In this document: piece after piece, positions 52,583-64,000 of the stretch | How the letters are laid out: every line of letters begins with the position of its first letter | Position numbering within the stretch: position 1 is the stretch's first letter | The notes under the pieces: generated by a model | What the model was told of the DNA's origin: nothing | The model's database searches: none | What the model saw: only the letters and a program-made list of their open reading frames with translations | Translations under genes and position numbers: made by a program | Assembly: GCF_009914755.1 (NCBI RefSeq) | Contig: NC_060931.1 | Length of the DNA: 64,000 nt | Reading direction: 5' to 3' (one strand) | Origin: the human T2T-CHM13v2.0 reference genome, Homo sapiens

Positions 52583-54382
52583 TCTAGTGAATGTATATCC
52601 CACATTTTCTTATTCATTCATCGTTGATGAACACTTGGGTTGTTTCCACCTCCTGGATATTGTAAATAATGCTACTATAAACATTGGTATACAGATATCT
52701 GTTGGTGTCTCTGCTTTCAATTCTTTTGCATATATGCCTAGGAGTGGAATTGCTGGGTCATATGGTAGTTCTCTATCTTTGATGTCTGGAGAAACCATCT
52801 AATTGTTTTTCACAGTAGCTGCACCATTTTATATTCTCACCAGCAATGCACAAGGGTTCCAATTACTGCATATCCTCACCAGTACTTGTTATTTTCCGTT
52901 TTTTTTTTTTTCCTAAAAGTATTATTATAGTCATCGCAGTGGATACGAAGTGGTATTTTATCATGGTTTTGATTTACATTTTCCTAGTGACTAATGATAT
53001 TGAATATATTTTCATGTGCTTATTAGCCATTTGTATTCCTTCTTTGGAAAATGTCCATCGAAGTTCTTTGCTCACTTTTGAATTGGTTTGCTATTTTTGT
53101 TGCTGGTGAGTTGTAGAGGTTCTTTGTATATCAGATATTAATCCCAATATGTGATTTGCAAATACATTCTCCCATTCTTTAGGTGATCTTTTTGCTTTTT
53201 TGATAGTGTCCTTTGATGTTCAAAAGTTCTTAATTTTAAGTTCAATATATCCATTTTTTCTTTTATTTTCTATGCTTTTGGTGTCATATGGAAGCTTACT
53301 GTTCAAACTTTCAAATATAACTTTATCATTTATTTCCAGTAATTATTTTTACAACTTTCCTGTCTTCTGTTATCTGTTGCCATCTGAGTTTACAGGGTGC
53401 CATAACTGGAGCTTAATCCCTTTTTACAGCCAACATGATTCTCAGTCACATAAAATTGGTTCAGTCTGTTGACTACTCCTTCAGCAGCTGCATATCACCT
53501 CATTCTTTCTACTGTATAACACAAGAGGGGACAAGATAAGGTATTCCATGGTATCCACTATCCAGGCACATAAGTAAGACTGACTTTGTTGTTGCATCAT
53601 ACTCACATTCTAAGCACAACTGTACTTGAGGTACTTGTGTTCAACCTTGCCTTTTATTTCCTTATTTCCAGAGATCAGCTTTATTTAATTCGGGTGCAGC
53701 CAACAGAACACAAAACCCCAAAATCAGGCCTAAAAATCACTCTCCCACTGTTGTCTGTAAAGTCATTGTTAAAATAAGGCTGATCTCAAAATATAAAAGT
53801 ATTCAATACTAGCTAGTCCCCAAATTCTTCTTTTATTTGGTCATATTTTGGATCCAACAGGGTGAATAGTGAGAAACAATGTACATGATGGAAAAAAAGT
53901 AATGAAAATGCCAAACTAAGAGGTACATGGGGACTTGAGAGACCAGAGAGGTCAGTGCCAGGCTGAGACACAGAAAAAATGGCCCAATAGTCCTTTATGA
54001 CCATGGAAGGCCAGGTCCATCAACCAGCTGGTCCTCTTTTTGGGGATCCTTATCAACCTCTGTCTCTAAACAGCTTCTGAATAGTAAATGCCTTGGAGTT
54101 TAGGCAGTAGCTTAATCCAAAACAGAGATTATAAAAAGCAAGGCAGCATGTGAACATTAGTAAGTCAACACTTCCATACCCATTGCTTATTTACTGACTG
54201 TAAAGACTAGTAAACATCTTCAGGATGTGTCATGGCTATGCTTTTAATCATTTTTTCTAGTAAAAGCAGCCCAGACAAGCAAGACATATGGTTAAAAATA
54301 CACTAAGTGTGACTCTCAGCAATTGTGTGGCAGTAAAATGATTGAAAGACCTCCTAAGACCTTCAAGAGGAAACAAAGAAAT

Positions 54383-54588
54383 ATGACTCAGCACAGCCAT
54401 ATTAGAGATATGCAGAGTAAGATTTCTGGAAAAAAGTATAGTTAAGACCCAAGAAAAAAAAATTCACTGAAATTGAATGGGCATATAGAGCAAATCATGT
54501 ATCCTTTTCCATCAGGTTAACAACTGCCTTATAAATCAGCTTCACAGACTTCCTCCACTGTCTCTGGGATGCCTCATGCATGACTCAT
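54383..54588. promoter_or_regulatory. ARE/MARE plus AP-1 site pair
   Basis: ATGACTCAGCA at 54383-54393 and ATGACTCAT at 54580-54588 in non-repeat sequence. Confidence 0.35.
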
Positions 54589-54640
54589 CTGCTCACCTCC
54601 GACAGTACAGGCTTCTGTACCTCAGTCCTATCCTCTAGAG

Positions 54641-54822
54641 TAGGAGTCAGCAAACTTTTTAAGTCAATAATCACATAGTAAACACTATAGACTTTGAGAA
54701 CAAAGAGGCAAAATCTAGGATATTATGTAGTGACATACAACCTCTCTATGTGTGACCATCTAAAACCATAGAAACCATTCTTAGCCAGATTTTGTCTGTG
54801 AGCCACACTTTTCTCACCCCAG
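54641..54822 (+). mobile_element. MER58 (C-like) hAT-Charlie element
   Basis: taggagtcagcaaactttt; aagaggcaaaatctaggatattatgtag; aaaccattcttagc. Confidence 0.75.
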
Positions 54823-54946
54823 TTTTGGAGGACTGATCAATATATTAGGCTACACATTGTGAAATAGTAGCAATAGTAGGTGATTAGCAATTAGGGTGAA
54901 TTTTTCCACTTGGGGGTTCTCCATTGACATAGAATGCAAATCACTG

Positions 54947-55262
<316 letters not shown>

Positions 55263-55519
55263 TCAGAGGTGCTAGATCATAAGTACATGCCAAAACCATT
55301 TAAAGTTTCCTTTCCATCAAGGTGTAGGTGGCATGTAATGGTTTGTAGCTCATTACTGATGTCTAAAGTTACATAATAAAGACTTTTCAAAAATAACGAA
55401 TAATTTCCTCCAGAGTTTGGGAAGTCTGAAGGTTCCCCTTGCCATCCTGGCCTTATAAGAGTATTAAGAAGCAGAATATGACCCTCTTGTTACTGTGATG
55501 TTGCTAGTGACCAACAAGC

Positions 55520-55645
55520 AGCCCAGACAGGTTATGAGAATGAATGAGATAATGTCTGTGAAGTGCTTTGAGCTTTTCAGAAGAAATTTTCTTTTTAATT
55601 AGAAAATAATGCTGTATTATTACAGTTATTATGATTATCACCATT
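55520..55645 (+). mobile_element. MIR3/MIRc 3' fragment
   Basis: ggttatgagaatgaatgagataatgtctgtgaagtgctttg. Confidence 0.6.
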
Positions 55646-56964
55646 ATTAAAGGTAGATCCAGGAGACACAGCCTCTACAATAAGAAAATTTGTAAAGGAA
55701 CCCAAGTAACTCATAAAATAAGTGGTTCATGCACAAATTATGAGCTTCCATTTTATAATTACAGTGTACTAGGTGGTTTTGCAGGTACTAGTTCATTATT
55801 CATCCAGAAGAATTAGTCTTCACATGTGTAACAGCTCCCAAAAGATGCCCAATGTATGCCAAACACAAAAGGAACAGAAGAAAGCTCTGTGTGACCACTG
55901 ACTTGTAAACTTGAAATTTAATTGCTTATTAAGAATTGTCTTTAAATTTGCACAAAAATAGTAAAATTGTGTCAATGAAGAACTTTTGTTAAGAAAAGAA
56001 AAAAATGCAAATGTGAGTTTTACATGTATGAACAAAGGAATAACCAAGTAAACCATATATTCATTTACCCTTCCATTATATTAAACATTGATAATGCTTT
56101 TTCTTAAGTACTGTTCATTTCAAAATGTAAGAGTTCATTATTATCCACTCTGGTTCCCAAATGCTCATTTTATTTTGCCTCATCTCTGGTCCCATAGAGG
56201 CTAGAATGGTAAAGAATGAAAATGAAGGATAAAGAAGAATCAAAAAGCCAAGAGAAGGGTTTAAGGAGTTGTTGCTTGGGCCCAAATGGCCAATGGGAGC
56301 CTAGGAGGGAATGCCCAGCAGCCGGTCTCCTCCCTTCGCCATTGGACTCTTCAAACTCTGCTATTAGCACTTTCTGAATATGGAACTTAAACTGTGGCTT
56401 AATCCAGAGATCTGAAGCTGGAAGACAATATGCATCATTGAGAACATCAGAATCTGCTGTCTGCCTGCTCCTTGGGCCACATAGTATGTCTCCAGACCTT
56501 CTTTGTGTAGGAAAGGTTAGTTATTTGCCACTTTCACCCTCTGTGGACAGCCAGTCCTAATTTCTTTAACTTGCCCTCTAACCCACCCCAACATGCAGCC
56601 TTTCAAATTCCCTTTTTAAGCTGTTCATTCTGAATCTGCAATTGGGTAGCCATGTTCACTTGCACAGAGTCACTAACAGAGGAATAGACATTTTTTAAGC
56701 CTGTGGTTGGCAAACATTTTTACAAAGGCAAATTCAGAGAATAAAAATAAATGGACCCCATTTTTCCCATCCAAAATAAACACAGACTTATTAAGTCCTA
56801 GAAGAAAAAAAGTTTATATACGTTCTGCAAATTATATTGGTGACCTTATTAAATAAATGAAAGTCAATGAGAAAATTGGCAGAGCCTTTTAGACAATGAA
56901 ATTTTAAAAAGCCAAGCATGTTTGAAGAGAAATCAGAAATTACATTTTAATCTTTCAACCCTTA

Positions 56965-57140
56965 TATTTGTCAAGTGCCTTAGAGTTCAAAAATGATGTT
57001 CACATGTCCCCTTTCATTTGTTATTGGCAACACATCATGTGCGTATTATTATCCTTTCTATTTTCCAGCTAAAGGAACTAAGGTTCAGAGAGGCAAAGCG
57101 ATCTTTGTAAGATCATATAGCCAATTTGTGGCAAAGCTTT
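56965..57140 (-). mobile_element. MIR SINE
   Basis: attttccagctaaaggaactaaggttcagagagg. Confidence 0.7.
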
Positions 57141-57189
57141 GGACAAAATTTGTTTGTTCCTTTATTAACTTCATACATAGAGTGCTATT

Positions 57190-57622
57190 TTATGATAAGA
57201 GTTTGGTTGCTATAACAAAGGCCCAAACAAGAGAAAAGTCTATTGATCTCTAATTCAATTGTCTGTAAATAGTCTGAGCATAAACAGTCCAAGGCTGTTT
57301 TACTATGTGGAGGATCCAGGTTCTATCTGCCTAATTCATCTGCAGCTCATGGCTTCCATCTCATGGGCTAACCCAATGGCCAGAGTTTCCATTTTCACAT
57401 TTTAATTCTAGCTAGTGAGAAGGGGAGAAGAAAGGGAAGAAGGGCTCTCTGCTTCACTTTAAGAGTATAATCTAGAAGTGGTATACATCTCTTCTGCTCC
57501 CATTAGCCAGAACTTGAAAACACCTACTGGCAAGTAGCCTTGTCCTCGGCTAAACCAGGGGATTCTATTGACAAAGCACAAGTCATGAAATGCATACTGG
57601 GGGACAATAGCCATCTTTGTCA
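57190..57622 (-). mobile_element. Old MaLR LTR (MLT1J/K-like)
   Basis: ggttgctataacaaag; ggatccaggttc; cttctgctcccattagccagaactt. Confidence 0.6.
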
Positions 57623-57792
57623 TTTCGAGCACCTATTGTATGTCAAGAAATAGCTAAGGTGTTGGAATAGAGAAAGGAAGAAAATGTGATTACCTTCCCC
57701 TCAATTTAAGCCACTATGAGCTTTCCTCCTCTGGTTGGAAAAGTCCCTCTCATCCTCAGGTAGACAGGATGGTTTGAACCAGGCATCCCAAG

Positions 57793-58270
57793 TGTGCTAG
57801 GCTGAACTATAACCACCAAATATGTCCACATCCAAATACCAAGGTTCTGTGAATGTTGCCTTATATGGCAAAAAAGGATTTTGTAGTTTTGATTTAACTA
57901 AGGATCTTGAGATAGAAAAATTATTCTGAATTATCTGGGTGGGTCCAATATAATCACAATGGTCCTTTTAAGAGAGAGGCAGGATATCAAAGTGAGTAGT
58001 AGAAGGCAGTGTCACCATGGAAATAGAGATTGTCATGATGTGCCACAATTCAAGAAATGCCGGCAGCCTCTAGAAACTGAACTGACCAAGGAATCAATTC
58101 TCCCCTGGATATTCTATAAGGAATCAGGCCTGCCAGCATCTTGATTTTAGCCCTATAATACTCATTTTTGACATCTGACTTTCAGAACTGTAAGATAATA
58201 AATTTATGTTGTTTTAAGCCACTAAGTATGTGGTAATGTGTAACAGCAGCAATAAACAGAAACAAATCCA
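57793..58270 (+). mobile_element. MLT1D-like MaLR solo LTR
   Basis: tgtgaatgttgccttatatggcaaaaaagga; aaggatcttgagat; gttgttttaagccactaag. Confidence 0.85.
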
Positions 58271-59226
58271 TCAGGTGAATGATAAGACCAAATGCCACTT
58301 CTCAGAAAAGCCGGATGCTAGGACTCAACTTTGTGTATGGTGACATGACCTCTTGCACCACCCAGCTGGAAGACAAATATCGGATTTCTTTATATATCAT
58401 GTTGAGCCCCTGGGAGCCTTTTTCCTCTTGAACCCTTTGCTTTGAAATTAGATCCTCAGAGGAAGCTTCAAAATGGCGGACTAGAGGGACCTGGCACTCA
58501 CCTCCTCCACAAAGAAGAACCAAACAGCAAGTAGGTAACCACACCTAGAATAGAGTTTCTGAGAGAGAAGCAAATTCAGCAAGGAAGTGACAGGAAACCT
58601 CTGGGACAAAGGAGGAGAAGGAAGCAAAGAAGTCTGCCTGGCTAGGAGGAATTCCCTATTGCAGGGAAAATATGAGAGATATGAGAGATGTCCAGTGGTC
58701 CACATTCCTACTGCACACTCCTGCAACCTCAGCCATGGGAAAGCCCCTTGGTCCTCACAGGCCCTGTGACTACTACAGGGAGCTTCCTAAAGTCTATGCA
58801 GAGGTATTGTTCCAGAGAGAAAAAGTTTATGCTGGGTTCCACATAAGAACTGAGACCCAAGGAGCTGCAGCATGGTGCAATTTTGAGAGCCCAGCCCCCA
58901 CCAGATTATATCCTGCCATGGGGCCCAATAGCTCCAGATCCCTGGAGCGCTGCTGACATCCTCCCACATTCACCCAGAAAGCTGCAGTATCATGATGCCA
59001 GCTGGACCCAGCACTGTGACTAAATCTCTAGCATTCTAGCCCATGCAGTGTCCTACACCCAAGGGAATAATAGGTGGTACAGCACACCAGGGAGAATGCC
59101 ACCAAGACAAAGGGAGTAAAGCATGTGCTCACCAGAACCTGAGAGCCACCTGACTAGGCCACTGACACTGACAGGAGCCTGTGCACTTCAATGACAGGAC
59201 TGTTGGCCACATGCATACACCTTTAG

Positions 59227-60035
59227 AGGGTCTGGGGACTGGCTTATCTGATTGCACTGTCCCAAGGCCTAAGGAAAGGCCCACCCTGTCTGCTGCAGCC
59301 AGTGCCTGCTTGCACCACCCAGGAGTCTGAGGACAGGTCTACTCTGCTCACTTCCACCACTGCCAGTGCTTGAGTGTGCTGTCCAAAGGCTTGGGGATTG
59401 AACCATTCCATCTGCCACTGCTGGCACCCACACACATTGTAGGGGATCTGGGGATTGATCTGCCCAGCACACTGTTACTGGCACCCACTTATACCATTCA
59501 GGGGCCTGAGGACAGGTCTGTCCTACCCACTGCTGCCACTGCTGGTTCATCATCCGGGGACCCAGGGATCAACTCCTCTCTATCTACCATGACTGTGCCC
59601 ATGCACATCTTCTGGGAGCTTGTGGATGGGTTCAACCTGCCCACCACCACTACCCAAATATGCTGAAAGGGACCTGGGGATAAGCCCACACAGCCTACCA
59701 CGATTTCCACTAACTTATCAGCTTGTCCCACTGATGGAACTGGGGACTGGCCTACTCAGTCCACTATCACCAAGATGACACCCAAATGTGCCACTCAGGA
59801 ATCCAAAGAGTGGCTTGTTACTGCTATTGCCACTGCCAAAACGAAATACGCCTTCTGAGGGTGAAAGAAGCCCCCTGCTTACCTCACCCACTGCTATAGC
59901 CAGCACCCAAACAAGTTACCTGGAGGCCCAAGGACTGGCCCACCAGGACCTGCCTCTTCTGGTGGCTGCATATGTCACCCTGGGGCCTGAGAACTGGCAT
60001 ATCTGGCCCACCACAGGTGCCTGAGGATCAGCCTG
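59227..60035 (+). repeat. Degenerate ~60-bp tandem array within the L1M 5'UTR
   Basis: Core ggggcctgaggac-like word at 59264, 59322, 59386, 59443, 59501, 59557, 59615, 59669, 59735, 59798, 59857, 59923, 59982. Confidence 0.85.
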
Positions 60036-60328
60036 CCTAGTGTTTCCATCCCCAGCAAAGCCTCGCCACAGCCTCCAATAACAACAGCAGCCTAAGCCAC
60101 TAAGAAACACACAGACACCAATGATGCTGATTAACAGCCAAATAAATCATACAGAGATCACACTACTGTACCTACCCAGAATCAAAGCCGAGCACCCTAA
60201 CCAACCAACATGATAGTACATCTATGGGAGAAAGTATTTTCCTACTAAAACCAAATCATTAAATTGGAAGAAGTGACTGTTACATCAGATGTGGAGCTAT
60301 CAATGTAATATCAGCAAAATATAAGAAA

Positions 60329-60738
60329 CATGAAAAAGCAAACATGACACCTCCAAAGAAGCACAATAATTATCTAGTAACTACCTCAATTTAAAGAAAA
60401 TCTTTGAAATGTCTGAAAAAGCATTCAAAGTGATGACATTAAAGAAATTCAGTGAGATACAAGACAACACAGATAAACAATACAAAGAAATCAGGAAAAC
60501 AATTCAGTATATTAATAAGTTGAACAAAAAGAGAGATACTTTTTTTTTTTTTAAAAAAAGAAGCAAACGAAAACCACAGAACTGAAAACTTCAATGAATG
60601 AAACAAAAAGTACAACTGGGAGCTACAACAATAGACTAGATCAATCAGATGAAAGCATTTCTGAACTTGAAGACAGGTCTTTTGAAATAATATAGTCAAG
60701 AAAGAAAGAAAGAAAAAGAGAGAGAAAGAAAGAAAGAA

Positions 60739-60786
<48 letters not shown>

Positions 60787-61530
60787 AGGAAAGGAAGGAA
60801 GGAAGGAGAAAGAAAGAAGAAAGAAAGAGAAAGGAGAAAGAAAGAAAGAAAAGAGAAAGAAAGAAAGAAAGAAAAAGGAAAGAAGGAAGGAAGGAAGGAA
60901 AGGAAGAAAAGAAGGAAGGAAGGAAGAAAATGAGGAAGAAGAAAGCCTACATGACAAAAGAGAAACCAAAAAGCAACCAAATATTGGAAATTTGAGAATT
61001 CCAGAAGGAGAAAAGATAGGCAAGGGCATAGGAAATCTATTTAATGAAACAATAGCTGAAAACTTCCCAAGTCTTGGAAGAGAGATAGAAATTCAGATAT
61101 AGGAAGCCGAAAGATTCCCAAATAGACTCAACCAAAAAAAGGTCTTCTCCAAGGCACATTATGATCAAACTGTCAAAAGTCAAAGACAAAGTCAGAATTC
61201 TAAAAGCAGCAAGAGAAAAACATCAAGTTTTATATAAGGGAATTCCCATCAGACTAACAGTGAATTTCTCAGTGGAAATTTTACCAGCCAGGAGAGAATG
61301 AGATAATATATTCAAAGTCCTAAAATAAGAAAAAAACTGCCAGCCAAGAATACTATACCTAGAAAAGCTGTCCTTCAAAAATAAAGGAGAAATGAAGTGT
61401 TTACCAGACAAGCAAAAACTGAGAGAATTCATCATCATTAGACCAGCCCTACTTGAAATTCTTAAGGGAATCCTACATCTGGATGTGAAAGGACAATATC
61501 TGCTATCACAAAAACACAAACGTGTAAAAC
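60329..61530 (+). pseudogene. Disrupted L1 ORF1
   Basis: gaaaacttcccaagtct; ORF 61392-61583 PDKQKLREFIIIRPALLEILKGIL matches the ORF1p C-terminus. Confidence 0.85.
60698..60945. repeat. (GAAA)n/(GGAA)n polypurine microsatellite
   Basis: 233 consecutive purines at 60698-60930. Confidence 0.97.
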
Positions 61531-61669
61531 TCACTGGTACAGTAGATACACAGAAGAGAAAAAGGCAAAAGTTGCCACTGTAAAAACACCCACCAAATTG
61601 CAAAGGTAAACAATAAAAGAGAAAGAAAGAAACAAAGATTATACAAAATGATCAAAAAACAATTAAGAA

Positions 61670-64000
61670 AACAACAGGAGTAGGTCCTTACCTATCAATA
61701 ACAAACTTGAATGTAAGTGGTTTACATTCCCAAATTGCAAGATACAGACTGGCTGAATGGATCAAAAGAAAGACTCAACTATTTGCTGCCTCCAAGAAAC
61801 TCACTTCACCTGTAAAGACACATATAGACTAAAAGTGAAGGGCTGAAAAATATATTTTATGCAAATGGAAACCAAAAGCAGGCAGCAGTATATAAGTTAT
61901 ACTTATATAAGTCAAAAAACATAAACAGGGACAAAGAAGGTCATTATATAAGAAAGAAATCAATTCAGCAAGAGGATGTAACAATTCTAAGTTTATATGC
62001 ATACAATGCCAGACCACCTAGATACGTAAAGCAAATGCTATTACAGCTAAGGAGAGAGATAGACTTCAATACAATAATAGCTGGGTACTTCAACACTCCA
62101 CTTTTAGCACTGGAAAATCATCTAGACAGAAAATCAACAAAGAAACAATGATTTAATATGCACTACAGACCAAATGGACCTAACAGACATTTACAGAACA
62201 TTTCATCTAACAGCTGCAGACTATATATTCTTCTCATCAGCCCATGGAACATTCTCCATAATAGACCATATATTAGGCCATAAAACAAATATCAAAATTT
62301 ATTTAAAAGTTGAAATTATGTTAAATATCTCCTCAGACCACATTGGAATAAAACTAAAAATCAGTAATGACGAACTTTAGAAACTGTACCAGTAAGTACA
62401 TGGAAATTAAACAACAGGCTCCTGAATGACCACTGGGTCAATGGAGAAATTAAGAAGGAAATTTAAAAATGTCTTAAAACAGATGAAAATGAAAGCACAT
62501 TATACAAAACCTATGGGATACAGCAAATGTAGGGCTAAAAAGGAAGTTTATAATAATAAGTACCTACCTGGAAAAGTTTCAGATAACAATCTAACAATGC
62601 TTCTCAAGGAACTAGAAAAACAAGAACAAACCAAACCCAGAATTAATAGTAGGAAAATAATAATAAAAATTGGAGCAGAGCAGAAATTGACAAAATAGAG
62701 ACTAAGAAAATTACAATGGATCAGTCAAACAAAAAGTTGGTTTTTTTGAAAAGATGATATTGACAAGCTGCTAGCTAGACTAACCAAGAAAAAGAGAAGA
62801 CACAAATTAATAAAATCAGAAATGAAAAGGAGATATTACAACTGATATCACAGAAATACAAATGATCATTAGAGACAATTATGAAGAACTATACACTAAC
62901 AAATTGGAAAATCTAGAGAAAATAGATAAATTCCTGAACACATACAACCTACCAAGATTGAATCAGGAAGAAACAGAAAACCTGAACAGAACAATAATGA
63001 GTAGTAAAATTGAATCAGTTATAAAAAGTCTCCCAACAAAGAAAAGTCCAAGACTGGATGGCTTTACTGCTGAATTTTACCAAACTTATAAAGAACTAAT
63101 ACTAATTATTCTCAAACAATTTCAAAAAAATTGAAAAAAAAGGAATTCTTTCTAACCCATTCTATGAGGCCAGCGTTTCCTGATACCAAAATTAGAGAAA
63201 GAACAACAAAAAAAGAAAACTAAAAGCCAATATACCTAATGAACATAGATGCAAAATCCTCAACAAAATACTAATAAACCAAATGCAACAGCACACCAAA
63301 AAGATATTACATCATGATCAAGTGGGATTCATTCAAAAGATGCAAGGATGGTTCAACATACACAAATCAATAAATGTGATAAATCACATCAAAAGAATGA
63401 ATGACAAAAACATATGTTATAGTTTGGATATTTGTCCCCTTCTTATCTAATGTTGAAATGTGATTCCCTCCAACACTGGGAATCACATGGTGGAAGGTGA
63501 TTGGATCATGGGGGTAGATCCTTCGTGAATGGGTTAGTACCACCCTTTAGAACAACCCCTGTGGTTATAAGTGAATTACTCAATTCACTCAAGTTCTGGT
63601 TGTTTAAGAGTCTGAGAGCTCTTCCTTCTCTCTCTCTTGCTCACACTCTCACCATGTGACACACTACTTCTTGCTCCACCTTTTGCTGTGAGTAAAAGCT
63701 CCCTGAGGCCACAACAAAAGGTAAGCAGATGCTGGTACCATGCTTCCTGTACAGCCTGCAGAATCATGAGCCAATTAAACCTCTTTTCTTTATAAATTAC
63801 TCAGCCTCAGATTTTTCTTTATAGCAATGCAGAAACAAAATAACACACCACATGATCATCTCCATAGATGAAGAAAAAGCATTTGATAAATTCAACTTCT
63901 TTTCATGACAAAAACTCTCAACAAATTAGACATAGAAGAAACATAACTCAATATAATAGAGGCTGTATAAGGCAAACCCACCATTAACATTATACTTAAT
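61670..64000 (+). pseudogene. Disrupted L1 ORF2 (EN and start of RT)
   Basis: ORFs MDLTDIYRTFH...SAHGTFSIIDHILGHK and [25 protein letters not shown]...[15 protein letters not shown]. Confidence 0.9.
63415..63847 (+). mobile_element. MSTB-like MaLR solo LTR inserted in L1 ORF2
   Basis: tgttatagtttggatatttgtcccc...cctgtacagcctgcagaatcatgagccaattaaacctcttttctttataaattac...taacaca. Confidence 0.88.

Larger units (their letters stand above)
58459..64000 (+). mobile_element. 5'-intact L1M (L1M1/L1M2, L1MA-class) LINE-1 running off the window end
   Basis: 5' end caaaatggcggactagag; repeat-containing 5'UTR; ORF1 and ORF2 remnants in the expected order. Confidence 0.88.

Noticed and set aside
59227-60035. 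Repeat-and-spacer appearance suggesting a CRISPR-like array
   Set aside because: Whole units are degenerate copies of each other, they lie inside an L1 5'UTR in primate DNA, and no cas genes are present
60439-61029. Longest ORF (196 aa, F/L/S-rich, membrane-like)
   Set aside because: It is the antisense reading of the (GAAA)n microsatellite inside L1 ORF1

Overview
Primate genomic DNA, most likely human (AluY/S/J, FAM, L1PA/L1PB/L1M, THE1, MST and MLT LTRs). It is AT-rich and CpG-poor, consistent with an intergenic region or a long intron. I can support no protein-coding gene, tRNA/rRNA or CRISPR array. The ORFs I could assign are Alu-derived, low-complexity or disrupted L1 ORF1/ORF2 remnants; the rest look like chance ORFs. 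The two ends (1-13 kb and 39-64 kb) are dense in nested transposons. The centre (13-39 kb) is mostly unique sequence containing several motif-dense blocks (about 14.7, 19.7-20.8, 21.6, 29.2 and 36.1-37.1 kb) that look like conserved developmental enhancers; conservation cannot be shown from one sequence. Other notable items: interlocking palindromes and a recurrent CATCAG(G) word, a 159-bp-period ancient duplication carrying repeated splice-acceptor-like ends, and several DNA-repair or template-switch scars inside transposons. I found no convincing new biological system; the candidate enhancer cluster is the best lead. Repeat subfamily names come from my recall of consensus sequences, and boundaries of old repeats are approximate.
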